Positions 28,546 through 38,729 of a stretch of 54,375 bases of DNA are shown here, in pieces (the first letter of the stretch is position 1; every line of letters begins with the position of its first letter). The position numbers were made by a program, and so were the translations under genes. Under the pieces are notes generated by a model. The model was not told the origin of the DNA and did no database searches. It worked only from the letters and a program-made list of their open reading frames with translations. The DNA lies in NCBI GenBank assembly GCA_020440835.1, contig JAGRNI010000035.1:1-54375 (forward strand). The letters are read 5' to 3'. The DNA comes from Leptospiraceae bacterium. Its GTDB lineage: Bacteria > Spirochaetota > Leptospiria > Leptospirales > Leptospiraceae.

Positions 28546-29406
28546 TTAATCAATCGAAACACCTAGCTCCTTCAATTTTAGAGCAAGAGTTTGAGCCCGT
28601 TCTTTTTCCTTGTCCGCCCGTTCTTTTTCCTTGTCCGCCCGTTCTTTTTCCTTGTTTGCCCGTTCTTTTTCCTTGTTTGCCCGTTCTTTTTCCTTGTTCG
28701 CTCGTTCTTTTTCCTTGTTTGCCTTTACTTTTTCTTTTTTAGCTTTTATTTTTTCTTTTTCTGCTATGATTCGCTCTTTTTCATCCGGTAAAAGAACGAG
28801 ATTACCGGCTTTATCAAATAACCTTAACCATTTACCCACTGTTTCAAATACTTTTCCTTCCCACAAACCAACATACAAGCCCAACTCCTTGGAATATATC
28901 CAACCGCGTGAGTCTTTTTTTTCTTCTTTGTATACTTCCAAATCATAATCCCAACGCCAACCTTGAAACGTATTTTCCCGAAATGGATAATACACATAGT
29001 ATTCTGGAGTATGAAAATCATTTCCGTATATCTTCAAATTATCTACTCTATCTTTCTTTTTACTCGAAGGCGAGATGAATTCCACTATAAAGTTCGGATA
29101 GCAAAACCCTTCTTTTCGAACTACCCATTTTAATCTTTTTTTCGTTCCATCGATTCCCTTTACTATAAAGAAATCCGGTCCAACGGATTTAGCGGGTGGC
29201 TCCGAATGATAGTAGATAAACATATTTCCGCCGGCAAAAAAATCATCTTTATCTTTCCAATATTCACGAATGGAATACAGCAGAACGGCAATTGAGTCGA
29301 GATGTTCGGGGTTTTCCAAGGGTACATCATCCGTATCAGGTAGTAAATCATCATAATCAGGGGGGTATATTTCGATATTTTTAGTTAATAACAGTGTTTC
29401 TTGCAT
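28546..29406 (-). CDS. Putative Uma2/DUF820-like (PD-(D/E)xK) nuclease-fold domain fused to a C-terminal KEKERAN heptad-repeat (ER/K-rich helix) tail
   Basis: N-terminal domain with ..GPDFFIVKG.. and ..PNFIVEFISPSS.. resembling the Uma2 core (PD..VE.S motif). The C-terminal 8 heptads are encoded by the 21-bp DNA tandem repeat. Confidence 0.5.
   Translation of the reverse strand: MQETLLLTKNIEIYPPDYDDLLPDTDDVPLENPEHLDSIAVLLYSIREYWKDKDDFFAGGNMFIYYHSEPPAKSVGPDFFIVKGIDGTKKRLKWVVRKEGFCYPNFIVEFISPSSKKKDRVDNLKIYGNDFHTPEYYVYYPFRENTFQGWRWDYDLEVYKEEKKDSRGWIYSKELGLYVGLWEGKVFETVGKWLRLFDKAGNLVLLPDEKERIIAEKEKIKAKKEKVKANKEKERANKEKERANKEKERANKEKERADKEKERADKEKERAQTLALKLKELGVSID
28599..28765. repeat. 21-bp tandem repeat (GTTCTTTTTCCTTGTYYGCYC) x6 near-perfect units plus 2 degenerate units, inside the CDS
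   Basis: Read directly. The units at 28599, 28620, 28641, 28662, 28683 and 28704 differ by 0-3 nt. The reverse complement encodes ADKEKER/ANKEKER heptads. Confidence 0.9.
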
Positions 29407-29576
29407 TTGTTTATCCCTGGTTAGAAGTAATTATTTATGCTATACTCTATACACACAATGTAAAGAATAAAATTCATTGCTATACTCTGGTTTATAAAGA
29501 AATTTTAAAAAATTTTCCAAACTAAAAATAAAGGATTGAAATACTTGGAAAAATCTCAGACACATCTTTTAATACT

Positions 29577-30017
29577 ATGATGCCCTACATTGAAATAATA
29601 GTTCCTGTATTTTTAAGTGCTATTGCGATAGCAGTGATATATAATGTTTACCATTTATTGCAATCCGTACAACAAAGGTCTTTCAAACTAAAAAAAGAGC
29701 TAAGGGTCATTTCCTCTGCTCTTTATGACGATTACCTTACAAGACTTACCATAAAAGAAACACAGGAATTGGTTGAAAATATAGTTGAAAAAAGCTCTAC
29801 AACAATCGAAGAAGCTCATAAAGCAGCTTTGAATGCTACCTTTGAACTTTTAGAAAAAGTTTCCGAAGACAAAGAAACAACTCAAGCCCTTCAAAAACTG
29901 CACAACACCATTGCGTCAGGTATTTACGAAACTCTAAGAATAACCAACAAACAATTTGGCAACCTTACCAATGAACTATTGAACCTAAAAGAAAAAGAAA
30001 AAAAGGATGAAATTTAG
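29577..30017 (+). CDS. Small membrane-anchored coiled-coil protein, hypothetical
   Basis: N-terminal TM helix (IEIIVPVFLSAIAIAVIY) and a helical remainder. Convergent with the SDR gene. Confidence 0.4.
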   Translation: MMPYIEIIVPVFLSAIAIAVIYNVYHLLQSVQQRSFKLKKELRVISSALYDDYLTRLTIKETQELVENIVEKSSTTIEEAHKAALNATFELLEKVSEDKETTQALQKLHNTIASGIYETLRITNKQFGNLTNELLNLKEKEKKDEI

Positions 30018-30805
30018 TGAAAGTCATCGTACAGCTTTTTAAATAAAAATCTCTCCAAAAAACCGGGAGCAAACAATCGTAGCCACTTTACGAACTTCCC
30101 CGATTTATCAAAAGTTACCAACCTTGAGTTTGGATTTTCAACAGCCCGCATCATTTCTCGGGCAACTTCTTCTGGAGTTAACAGCTTACCTGAGTACTGT
30201 GCTTCATTCAATTGGTTTCCTTTGGCATCCATCCCGGTAGTACGAAGATTTGTTTTGGTATAAGGCGGACAAAAGATGATAGACCTTACACCATATTCTG
30301 ACAATTCAATCCGAACAGATTCAAATACAGCGTGTAAAGCAGATTTGGAAGAAGAGTAGACAGCTCTCCCTGGAATTCCATATAAACCGGAAACGGTTGA
30401 AGTTGTTATGATCGCGCCTTTTGCATTTTTAATAAATTCTATCAATTTTAGAGTTAGATTGACTGTCCCAAAAAAATTAATATCAAAGCTCTTTCTAAAT
30501 ACACTAATATCAGTTTTATCAAATCTACCATGGGTAGTAATTCCTGCATTGTTAAACAATACATCTACTTTTTGCGTTTTTTTCCCAATTATTTCTTGTG
30601 CTTTTGAAATATCCTCATCCGAACTTATATCACACTTGATCTGAACGATCTCAGCTTTCTTTTTTGCTATTTCATTTGCCGGACTCCTATCTAAAGCAAA
30701 AACTGTGCACTTTATCTGGTTCAACTCATTTAAAACCGCTTCTCCTATCCCACTAGATGTCCCTGTGATAACAACGTTTTTGTTTTCCCAAAATTCTTGA
30801 CTCAT
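30014..30805 (-). CDS. Short-chain dehydrogenase/reductase (SDR) family oxidoreductase
   Basis: TGTSSGIGEAV cofactor motif, NNAG, and catalytic S...YSSSK. Confidence 0.85.
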   Translation of the reverse strand: MSQEFWENKNVVITGTSSGIGEAVLNELNQIKCTVFALDRSPANEIAKKKAEIVQIKCDISSDEDISKAQEIIGKKTQKVDVLFNNAGITTHGRFDKTDISVFRKSFDINFFGTVNLTLKLIEFIKNAKGAIITTSTVSGLYGIPGRAVYSSSKSALHAVFESVRIELSEYGVRSIIFCPPYTKTNLRTTGMDAKGNQLNEAQYSGKLLTPEEVAREMMRAVENPNSRLVTFDKSGKFVKWLRLFAPGFLERFLFKKLYDDFH

Positions 30806-30845
30806 TCTCCACCTCTTTAGAAATTTAATTCCATTTTATATAGGT

Positions 30846-32147
30846 TTATGATGGTTCAATGGAATTCAATTCAATTTTTTGATCCAACGGAATCCATACG
30901 GTAAATATGCTCCCTTTTCCGTTCTCACTTTTCACTTGTATGGAACCACCCAAAGCATCTACCGAACGCTTTACTATATTCAAACCCAAACCAATTCCTT
31001 GAATTCGACCTATATTTTTTGCCCTATAAAACAAAGAAAATAAACTATCTATCTCTTCCGCTGGTACCCCTATACCAAAATCTTGAATTTTAAATTCTAA
31101 TTCATTTGCAACTTCTTTTATTTCAATCAAGATTTCTTTATTATCCGGAGAATATTTGATAGCATTGGAAATCAAATTATAATAGATGTTCCTGAGTAAT
31201 TTTCTATCCAAAAGATAAGATTTGTCCGCTTTTATATGATAGCTAACCTTGATTCTATCATTTGAAAGGTTCCGAAATTGCTCTATAACATTTTCCAAAT
31301 AAGAATACAAATTAATCTCTACTAATTCCATCGGTGGATTTCGTTCCGAGTGATCGATAAACAATATTCCCTCTACAAGTGAATTCAGATCAGCTATAGA
31401 ATCCCTGATATTTCTAAAACATCGTTTTCTTTTATCCTGTGTAAGACGATCATAATTTAATTCAAGCAATTCGGTAGAAAAAACAATAGAAGTCAAAGGA
31501 GTTCTGACTTCATGAGAAATCATTGATAAAAAGGAAGATTTTAGGTCATGCAACTCTTTTTGTTTCTTTAGTGCTTTGTCTAATTGTTTAGTTCTTTCAA
31601 TAACTTTTTGCTCCAAACTTTCATTTAAGACTTGCAACTCTTCCAAAAGTATTTTTTTACTCTGAATGGCATCGTAATATTCCACTGCGCTAAAAACGGT
31701 ATGCAATAATTTTTCATGCCCGGTACCTTTGCTTATATAGGCAAAGGGCCTATACTCATTAATCAGTTTATAAGGATTTATCAAGTCCTGGTAAGCAGAA
31801 TAAAAAATGATAGGTATAAAGGGGTTTTCTTTTTTCAGTTCCATATAGGTTTCAAAGCCATCTTTTTCTGCCATTTTGATATCAAGGATAACTGCATAGA
31901 TGCTTTCATTGAATACTTTTATACCTTCGTCTCCGGAATTGCATAAAACGGAATTGAAATGCTCTTGTAAAACCAACTGGAGAGAGGCTAAAATATTACT
32001 ATCATCGTCTACCACAAGTACAGTTTTTCTATAAGACTTTTTTAATTTCGTCTCATTTTCCAATTGCGTTTCTCTATGTAGCATATCATCAAAATCACTA
32101 AATGCCATCTTATCTCTCTCCAATGCAATTAAGACGGGTAAACACAT
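30846..32147 (-). CDS. Response regulator-histidine kinase fusion (N-terminal REC, HisKA, HATPase_c)
   Basis: VLVVDDDSNI...LDIKM receiver. H-box SHEVRTPLTSI. DFGIGV / GIGLGL G-boxes. Confidence 0.85.
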   Translation of the reverse strand: MCLPVLIALERDKMAFSDFDDMLHRETQLENETKLKKSYRKTVLVVDDDSNILASLQLVLQEHFNSVLCNSGDEGIKVFNESIYAVILDIKMAEKDGFETYMELKKENPFIPIIFYSAYQDLINPYKLINEYRPFAYISKGTGHEKLLHTVFSAVEYYDAIQSKKILLEELQVLNESLEQKVIERTKQLDKALKKQKELHDLKSSFLSMISHEVRTPLTSIVFSTELLELNYDRLTQDKRKRCFRNIRDSIADLNSLVEGILFIDHSERNPPMELVEINLYSYLENVIEQFRNLSNDRIKVSYHIKADKSYLLDRKLLRNIYYNLISNAIKYSPDNKEILIEIKEVANELEFKIQDFGIGVPAEEIDSLFSLFYRAKNIGRIQGIGLGLNIVKRSVDALGGSIQVKSENGKGSIFTVWIPLDQKIELNSIEPS

Positions 32148-32168
32148 GGGGTTTATGGTTTACTCGTT

Positions 32169-33890
32169 TCAATAATCAATAATTTTATTCCTGATTTCAG
32201 AATTAGCAAAAATTCCGTCACTTTTACGCTGACCTTTGATTCCATTTTCTACCATCTCAGCAAAGCCAGAAGCAAAATAGACATAAATTGAGTCCGAATT
32301 AGAATCATGTACTGCTTGCTCTATTAGTTCGGACAAAGCAAAACAATAATAAGCAAGATCAGCAATAAAAACTCGGTTCATGTCCTTCCATTCTTTGGTT
32401 TCCTTTTCTAAAATATTTTTTAGCTTATCCACTTTTAAGTGGAAAACTCCCAAAGCATATTTTAAAGCCGGATACTTTTCCGCAGAATTTACGTTTTTTT
32501 CCAGCTCCTCCATAAAGGCTTTGTACTTTTTAGGTCGATGAATGGCGTGTAAAAAATGATCCGTTATGATAAGATGCGTTCCTTCCCAAGTTTCGTTAAT
32601 AATGGAATCATTGTGAAGTCTTGGCAAAACGGAAAAGTCTCCTAAGATTCCGTTTCCTCCCAAACACATAATGGCAGACCAAGTAATTTCGGTAGCTTGA
32701 GCAGAGGCTTTGTATTTTAACAAAGGAGCAATTACTTCCTGTGATTCGGATTTATTTTCTATCTGGTGAATGAACTTAAATATGGCGAATGTAACAGCCG
32801 TTTGCAAAATCATCATTTCACAAAGTTGGATTGAAAAGGCTGGAAATTGTTTGATTTTTTTCCCATAGGCAGTTCTCCAATTTGCGTATTCAATTGCCTC
32901 TACAATGGCTCTCCTTGCACCAGCCGTTGAACCAAGGGCAACGTGTAATCTGGAAATTTTAATAATATATTTGATCAAATTGGCGATTCCATGAGCCGGT
33001 CGTCCCAATTCCTCTGCTTCCAAATCCTCATAGATAGCTTCTGCTGTTACTTTCCCTTTAGAGCCTATAACATCTTTTTTCCTTAGCAGGTGATGTCCGT
33101 TCAATTCTCCGTTTTCTTTCCAACGAGGAACCAAAAACAATCCTACAATGTTGGTTCCTTCTATTTTTGCAGTTGTAACCCAAAGGTCACCGGGATTAGA
33201 ACAAAACCACTTTTCCCCATTTAAAATCCATTTTCCATTTTCTGCTTTGCGTGCTACGGTTCGGTTGGCTTGTACATTACTCCCCCCTACTCTTTCTGTT
33301 ACGTATTGACCTGCCATAAAATACGATGTGCTCTTTTCACCCGCTACCAAAGAAAGATATTTCTTCTTTTGATCTTCTGTCCCTAAAGCCTGAATTGCGC
33401 AAATGATCCCTTCCGTCATTGCCAAAGGACAAGCCACTCCTCCTTCACCCAACATATTTACGAGGTATGTCAAGGTATATCTATGCAAACCAGTAAAAGG
33501 GTGTTTCCAATTGGAATGAAAATCAAGGTTTACAATCCCATATTCATAAGAAATTCTCCTGGATTCTACCTGTTCTTTTGCATAAACGATTTCATCAATA
33601 CGATTTCCTACCTTATCGTATTTAACCAACTCTCCATACTGCCCTTCTTTGTGACAAGCTTCGGTTAATTCGTCGAGCTTTCCACCAACCAATTCTCCAT
33701 AACCGCTTATGTGTTCGAGCATGGCTTGTTTGTGATCTCTGGAATAATTTGTTGAATAACGATCTATCACTCTCTGGAGAGCAGAATCTATTTTATAAAA
33801 GTTTTTACCTCTTGCACCTTTGTAGTCAGTCAGATCAAAAGGTGCAAGCCCCGGATTAATTTTTTGTGTTGTTGTCATACCTATAACCAT
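32169..33890 (-). CDS. Acyl-CoA dehydrogenase family protein, long form (AidB-like)
   Basis: 573 aa. ACAD middle and C-terminal domain motifs (..[22 protein letters not shown].., ..[10 protein letters not shown]..). Confidence 0.75.
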   Translation of the reverse strand: MVIGMTTTQKINPGLAPFDLTDYKGARGKNFYKIDSALQRVIDRYSTNYSRDHKQAMLEHISGYGELVGGKLDELTEACHKEGQYGELVKYDKVGNRIDEIVYAKEQVESRRISYEYGIVNLDFHSNWKHPFTGLHRYTLTYLVNMLGEGGVACPLAMTEGIICAIQALGTEDQKKKYLSLVAGEKSTSYFMAGQYVTERVGGSNVQANRTVARKAENGKWILNGEKWFCSNPGDLWVTTAKIEGTNIVGLFLVPRWKENGELNGHHLLRKKDVIGSKGKVTAEAIYEDLEAEELGRPAHGIANLIKYIIKISRLHVALGSTAGARRAIVEAIEYANWRTAYGKKIKQFPAFSIQLCEMMILQTAVTFAIFKFIHQIENKSESQEVIAPLLKYKASAQATEITWSAIMCLGGNGILGDFSVLPRLHNDSIINETWEGTHLIITDHFLHAIHRPKKYKAFMEELEKNVNSAEKYPALKYALGVFHLKVDKLKNILEKETKEWKDMNRVFIADLAYYCFALSELIEQAVHDSNSDSIYVYFASGFAEMVENGIKGQRKSDGIFANSEIRNKIIDY

Positions 33891-34945
33891 TTCTTTTTTC
33901 TAAAAAAAACTAACATTCCCATACCAATCAATGACATAAAGAATAAAATAAAATAATAGCCCCAGTGCCATTCAAGTTCCGGCATATTTTTAAAGTTCAT
34001 TCCATAAACACCTACAATAAAAGTCAATGGAATAAAGATTGTAGACATAATTGTTAGCACTTTCATTACTTCATTCATTCGATAGCTTATACTAGATAGA
34101 TAAATATCCAACATTCCCGAAACCATAGTTCTGAAATTTTCTATCGTATCAATAACTTGTATAGTGTGATCGTATACGTCACGAAGAAAAATATGTGTTG
34201 ATTGTTTTATTAATTTTGTATCCGTTCTTTGCAAATTAGACAAAACTTCTCTTAAAGGCCAAACGGATTTACGAAAATATATCATTTCCTTTTTTAAATT
34301 ATGGATTGTTTTTAAAGTTCCGGGAACCGGTTTGGAAACAACGTCTTCTTCCAAATCTTCGATCTGGTCTTCAATGTATTCCAAAATAATAAAATAATTA
34401 TCAACAATAGAATCAATTAAAGCATAAACAAGATAATCCGTATGCATTTTTCTGATTCTTCCTTTGCCTGCTTTTATTCTTTCTGCAATTGGTTTGAATA
34501 TATCTCCTTTCTTTTCCTGGAAAGAAATTACAAAATTAGAGCTTAAAATAAAACTCACCTGCTCAAATTCTATTCGATTTTTTTTCTCATTAAAGAGGAT
34601 CATTTTCATAACAATAAAAATATAACTTTCAAAATCTTCCATTTTTAACCGTTGATCGGTATTGAGAATATCTTCTAAGATAAGAGGATGAAGATCAAAA
34701 TAAATCCCTAACTTTTCAATTATATCAACTTGATGAATGCCACTGACATTGATCCACGTTACATTGGAACTGTTTTTAAAAGGAAAACATTCTTCCACAT
34801 TTTCCACTTCAATTTCTTTGAAATTATCTTCGTTATAATCAATTATTTTGATTTCAATTTTTTCAGTTGAAGCATCTCCGATATGAACCAAGGCTCCCGC
34901 CGGAAGTCCAATTTTCTTTGTTCTTGTTTTTACTAATTCAGTCAT
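33881..34945 (-). CDS. corA: Magnesium/cobalt transporter CorA
   Basis: C-terminal two TM helices with the YGMNF signature ([11 protein letters not shown]). Length 354 aa. Confidence 0.85.
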   Translation of the reverse strand: MTELVKTRTKKIGLPAGALVHIGDASTEKIEIKIIDYNEDNFKEIEVENVEECFPFKNSSNVTWINVSGIHQVDIIEKLGIYFDLHPLILEDILNTDQRLKMEDFESYIFIVMKMILFNEKKNRIEFEQVSFILSSNFVISFQEKKGDIFKPIAERIKAGKGRIRKMHTDYLVYALIDSIVDNYFIILEYIEDQIEDLEEDVVSKPVPGTLKTIHNLKKEMIYFRKSVWPLREVLSNLQRTDTKLIKQSTHIFLRDVYDHTIQVIDTIENFRTMVSGMLDIYLSSISYRMNEVMKVLTIMSTIFIPLTFIVGVYGMNFKNMPELEWHWGYYFILFFMSLIGMGMLVFFRKKKWL

Positions 34946-35212
34946 AACTAATTTCTACCTAGGTAACATTGTAATCTTCCATTTCCAATAATCAGAATCA
35001 GCAAATCATAATTCAACCTACTTTTTCAATAATTTTTTAATATTATGCTCCCAAGTTTTTCAATCTTTTTTGTTATATCAACATTTGGAATAGTCAATGC
35101 GGAAATAATATAGCTTTGAATCGAGATAAGACTAGTGTTTGGAATACCTCTAACATGTGTATACAAATGTGAATTTTTCTTTCTATCTAAAAGAAATATT
35201 TTATTAACTTAA

Positions 35213-35386
35213 ATGGCTAAAAAGAAATTACTCTTGAATATCCACTGCTACTATTTTACTATCATGTTAGCTCCGCTTGACAACGAAACCATTTTCAAAA
35301 AAGCCTTTGCGGATAAAGAAGTCTTTGAATGTTTTGTCAAAGACATATTCGGGATTGAAATCCAAGTAGATACCAGAGAAAAGTAA
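35213..35386 (+). pseudogene. 57-codon remnant resembling the N-terminus of PD-(D/E)xK-type transposase/nuclease (PDDEXK_2 / Rpn-like) proteins
   Basis: ..LDNETIFKKAFADKEVFECFVKDIFGIE.. resembles the conserved ..FAFKKIFG.EEN..L..FL..IL N-terminal box of that family. The ORF stops abruptly where the opposite-strand kinase gene ends. Confidence 0.3.
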
Positions 35387-36181
35387 CTACTGATATGGGA
35401 TCATAACCGTAAACTTAGTCCCAACATTCTCTTGGCTACTAAATTCGATAGAACCTTTGCATAAATCTAACAGTCTTTTAACAATGGACATTCCTAAGCC
35501 TGTACCTTGCTTTTCTTTTACATTTTCGCATCTATAAAAATCTTCAAAAATATACTTTTGCTCTTCCTCTGGTATCCCAATACCATAATCTTGAAATGTT
35601 AAAACTACCCGCCCGTCATTACATTCTACAAAAAAGTCTACCACTGCATTACCTTGCATGGAATACTTTATGGCGTTAGTTAATAAATTTACGACTATTT
35701 GTCGAAAAATTTTTGGATCAATTTGTATGAAGGTAGAATGATTATTTTTATAATTTATTTTGCAACCTTCAAAGTTCAATTCCATTTCTTGGACTATGTC
35801 ACGACATAATTCATCCAAATTCGTTTCTTGAGAATTGACTTCCATTTTTCCCAAATCATACTTTTCCAATTTAAGCACATCCACAAGCAACTCATCCATT
35901 CGGTTGACTGATAAAATAACGTTTTGAAAATAGTGTGCTTTCTTTTCATCCCCCCAATTATCAGTATTTTTTTCCAAAAGTTGGATGGATGACTTTATTG
36001 TTGTGAGCGGTGCTTTAAACTCGTGTGTAACGGTAGAAAGGAAACGAAGTTGATCTTCTCTACGTTTTTCCTCTGCTTGCTTTCCCTCCATAACCTCTTG
36101 AGAAACATCAGAATATGTTTTTAGTTCCCTCTCAAGTTCTAAAACCTTTTTCTCCAGTTCCTCGTAAGTTGGCTTTTTCAT
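35387..36181 (-). CDS. Cytoplasmic histidine kinase (coiled-coil N-terminus, HisKA, HATPase_c), no sensor domain
   Basis: H-box VTHEFKAPLTTI. DYGIGI / GTGLGM. 264 aa. 31 nt downstream of hemN on the same strand. Confidence 0.8.
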   Translation of the reverse strand: MKKPTYEELEKKVLELERELKTYSDVSQEVMEGKQAEEKRREDQLRFLSTVTHEFKAPLTTIKSSIQLLEKNTDNWGDEKKAHYFQNVILSVNRMDELLVDVLKLEKYDLGKMEVNSQETNLDELCRDIVQEMELNFEGCKINYKNNHSTFIQIDPKIFRQIVVNLLTNAIKYSMQGNAVVDFFVECNDGRVVLTFQDYGIGIPEEEQKYIFEDFYRCENVKEKQGTGLGMSIVKRLLDLCKGSIEFSSQENVGTKFTVMIPYQ

Positions 36182-36212
36182 AAAATTTCACTCTATTTAA
36201 CAGTATTAGACT

Positions 36213-37559
36213 CTAAATAGCTTGTGAAAAAACACTACTCTCTGGAGATTTTGCTCGTAATCTAAAATCTAATCCCATACAAACGTTTCTCAAAAAAGGC
36301 CGTCCTTTATCGGTGACTTTAAGGTGATTATTTTCCCAGTGTATTAAATAATCCTCTTCCATGGTTATCAAAAAATCTCGAACAGAACCAAAGATATTTT
36401 CCGGTATTTCAACTTCCCAACTTGTAGAAAGCTTCAAAATTAGCTTTCTATACAATATATCTTCCTGGGTTAGTTTATGTCCTCGCAAGGTAGGCAGTTT
36501 CCCCTCGCCAATTCTTTTGTTGTACTTTTTAAGAATTTTCTCGTTTTGATGAAAAGCATCCCAACTATCGGAAATCGAAGAAACTCCTAAGCCCAGGAGC
36601 AAATCCGTCTTGTTTTCTGTATATCCCATAAAATTACGATGAAGTTTTGATTCTAGTACGGCTCTCCACAAATTATCGGTTTTGAGGGCAAAATGATCCA
36701 TTCCAATTTCCACATATCCACTTTGCTCAAACAGACTGCGACCAACTTCATACAGCTTTCTTTTTTCAGGTCCAAGTGGTAAGTCCTTTTCCGTAAATAA
36801 CCTTTGGGAAGGTTTTATCCATGGAACATGAGCATAGCTATAAAAAGCTATTCTATCCGGCATAAGTTCTAAGGTCTTTTCAATTGTGTTAACCATGGAA
36901 CTTTCAGTTTGCCTGGGCAATCCGTATATTAAATCAAAATTTACCGAATTGTAACCCAACTCTCTCGCCGTTTCCGTCACAAATTTCGTTTTTTCATAAG
37001 GCTGAAACCTATTGATAAGTTTTTGAACTTCTTCGTTAAAGTCTTGCACTCCTAAGCTAATCCTTTTGAAACCTAGATCGCTTAAAACTTTTAGTTGCTC
37101 TTTTCGAGTCCTTCGCGGATCAACTTCTATGGAAAAAACCGGACTATCACTTACTTTTAACTTCGTAAGCAAATTATAAACTACTTTATGAAGGTGGTCT
37201 TCCGATAAATAAGTGGGAGAACCACCGCCAAGGTGCAATTCCTTAAATTCTCTGTTTTTCAGTTCGGGAACGCTATCATAATACATCTGAAACTCTTTTG
37301 CTAAAGTCTCAATGTACGGATCTTCTACGGAGTGGTTTTTGGTTATAGAAGTATTACACCCACAAAATGTACATAAAGTTTCACAAAAAGGAACATGCAC
37401 ATAAATCGAAATGTTGGATTCAGATGGTGCTAAACACCCTTGAACGTGGTCTATCCATTCTTCTGAGGTAGGGCTATCAGTCCAGTATGGAACGGTAGGA
37501 TAACTTGTATACCTGGGAACAGGAACATCATACTTTTTTATCAATTCAGCCGAAATCAT
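36213..37559 (-). CDS. hemN: Oxygen-independent coproporphyrinogen III oxidase (radical SAM), HemN
   Basis: CETLCTFCGC radical-SAM cluster motif. HemN_C-like C-terminus. Overlaps the hemE stop by 4 nt. Confidence 0.9.
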   Translation of the reverse strand: MISAELIKKYDVPVPRYTSYPTVPYWTDSPTSEEWIDHVQGCLAPSESNISIYVHVPFCETLCTFCGCNTSITKNHSVEDPYIETLAKEFQMYYDSVPELKNREFKELHLGGGSPTYLSEDHLHKVVYNLLTKLKVSDSPVFSIEVDPRRTRKEQLKVLSDLGFKRISLGVQDFNEEVQKLINRFQPYEKTKFVTETARELGYNSVNFDLIYGLPRQTESSMVNTIEKTLELMPDRIAFYSYAHVPWIKPSQRLFTEKDLPLGPEKRKLYEVGRSLFEQSGYVEIGMDHFALKTDNLWRAVLESKLHRNFMGYTENKTDLLLGLGVSSISDSWDAFHQNEKILKKYNKRIGEGKLPTLRGHKLTQEDILYRKLILKLSTSWEVEIPENIFGSVRDFLITMEEDYLIHWENNHLKVTDKGRPFLRNVCMGLDFRLRAKSPESSVFSQAI

Positions 37560-38578
37560 GTAAAAACCCTTCTTACGGTATCTATAAATAGTTTGACGTT
37601 ATCTTCAGGTGTTTTTGGTAAAACTCCATGCCCTAAACTACAAACCCAACCTTTTCGCTCGCTACTATCCATGGATAAGATAGGATTTAAATAGTCCATA
37701 ATACTTTTTTTCAAATCTCTTGTTTCTTGGAATAACAAAGATTGGTCAAAATTTCCTTGGATAAATCCATTTGTCGTAATTTGCAGTAATTTCGTAAGGT
37801 TGATTCTATGATCAAAACCAATTCCAGCCAATCCGTCTATAGGAAAAATTTTTTCCAAATGTCCTCTACTGGTTCCTTTGGAATAATAGGCAACTTTTTT
37901 GGGAAATCGAGAACTGATGCTTTTTATATAAGGAATTACAATTTCCTCAAAATCAAAAGGGGATAACTCTCCCGCAGCAGTATCAAAAATCATAACAATT
38001 TCAGCTCCACCATCCAATTGAAGTTGTATATTCCGAATAATAAGGTCTTCTAAAACCTTGAAAAACTTCTTTCTGAGGTCTATTGCCTTTTTTGGTAATA
38101 TCAAGTTACCATCGTGCTTCCCGACAACTGCATAGGTAAATAATGTCCATAAACCTCCGACAAAGCCAATCAAGGATTTGTTTTGGGGAAGCAACTCTCT
38201 TGTGAGTTTTAAGGCATCTTGCTGAAATTTTAGTCCGTTAATGGCTTCTTCGATTGGTTTAAGTCTGTTAACATTGATTTCATTAAGCTGCCAACCCAAT
38301 TTCGGTCCGATATCCGTATAAGCAAGACCCATACCCAAGCTTTCAAGAGGAAAAAGTAAGTCTGAAAATAAAATAGCTACGTCAAAGTCAAAATCTAAAA
38401 TCGGACCAAGAGCTACTTTTGCTGCTAATTCCGGCTCTTTGCACAAATCCATAAAACTATATTTTGATCTAAGAGATTGGTAGTGTTTATGGTACCTACC
38501 TGCCTGCCTCATAAACCATATTGGCGGTGTTTTTTGTTCTGTTCTGTTTATCGCATTAGTGAAATTTTCATTTGCCAC
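37556..38578 (-). CDS. hemE: Uroporphyrinogen decarboxylase HemE
   Basis: PIWFMRQAGRY signature near the N-terminus. 340 aa. Confidence 0.9.
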   Translation of the reverse strand: MANENFTNAINRTEQKTPPIWFMRQAGRYHKHYQSLRSKYSFMDLCKEPELAAKVALGPILDFDFDVAILFSDLLFPLESLGMGLAYTDIGPKLGWQLNEINVNRLKPIEEAINGLKFQQDALKLTRELLPQNKSLIGFVGGLWTLFTYAVVGKHDGNLILPKKAIDLRKKFFKVLEDLIIRNIQLQLDGGAEIVMIFDTAAGELSPFDFEEIVIPYIKSISSRFPKKVAYYSKGTSRGHLEKIFPIDGLAGIGFDHRINLTKLLQITTNGFIQGNFDQSLLFQETRDLKKSIMDYLNPILSMDSSERKGWVCSLGHGVLPKTPEDNVKLFIDTVRRVFT

Positions 38579-38717
38579 TAAAAACCTCCTTCACTCCATT
38601 CCATTTCAATATATCAGTTTATTTTAACCATTTTTTCAAGCTCAATAGGATAGTCCCACACTATTTTCGAGAGAATTTTTTCCCTATTCAAAAAAGACAC
38701 TAAAAAAAAAATAGCAT

Positions 38718-38723
38718 GAGGAG
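38718..38723 (+). promoter_or_regulatory. Shine-Dalgarno GAGGAG, 6 nt upstream of the metH ATG
   Basis: Read directly. Confidence 0.5.
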
Positions 38724-38729
38724 AAAATT

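Noticed and set aside
28599-28765. CRISPR array
   Set aside because: The repeats are contiguous (no spacers), only 21 bp, in-frame and inside a CDS. No CRISPR arrays elsewhere in the window.
28591-28948. Plus-strand ORFs 28591-28791 and 28610-28948 (FFFLVRPFFFLV.., SARSFSLSARSF..)
   Set aside because: They are translation artefacts of the 21-bp tandem repeat on the opposite strand. The minus-strand ORF is longer and has a plausible globular N-domain.
38579-38729. Cobalamin or SAM riboswitch in the hemE/metH divergent intergenic region
   Set aside because: No B12 box (GCCACTG) or SAM-I/II conserved cores are visible. The region looks like a plain shared promoter.
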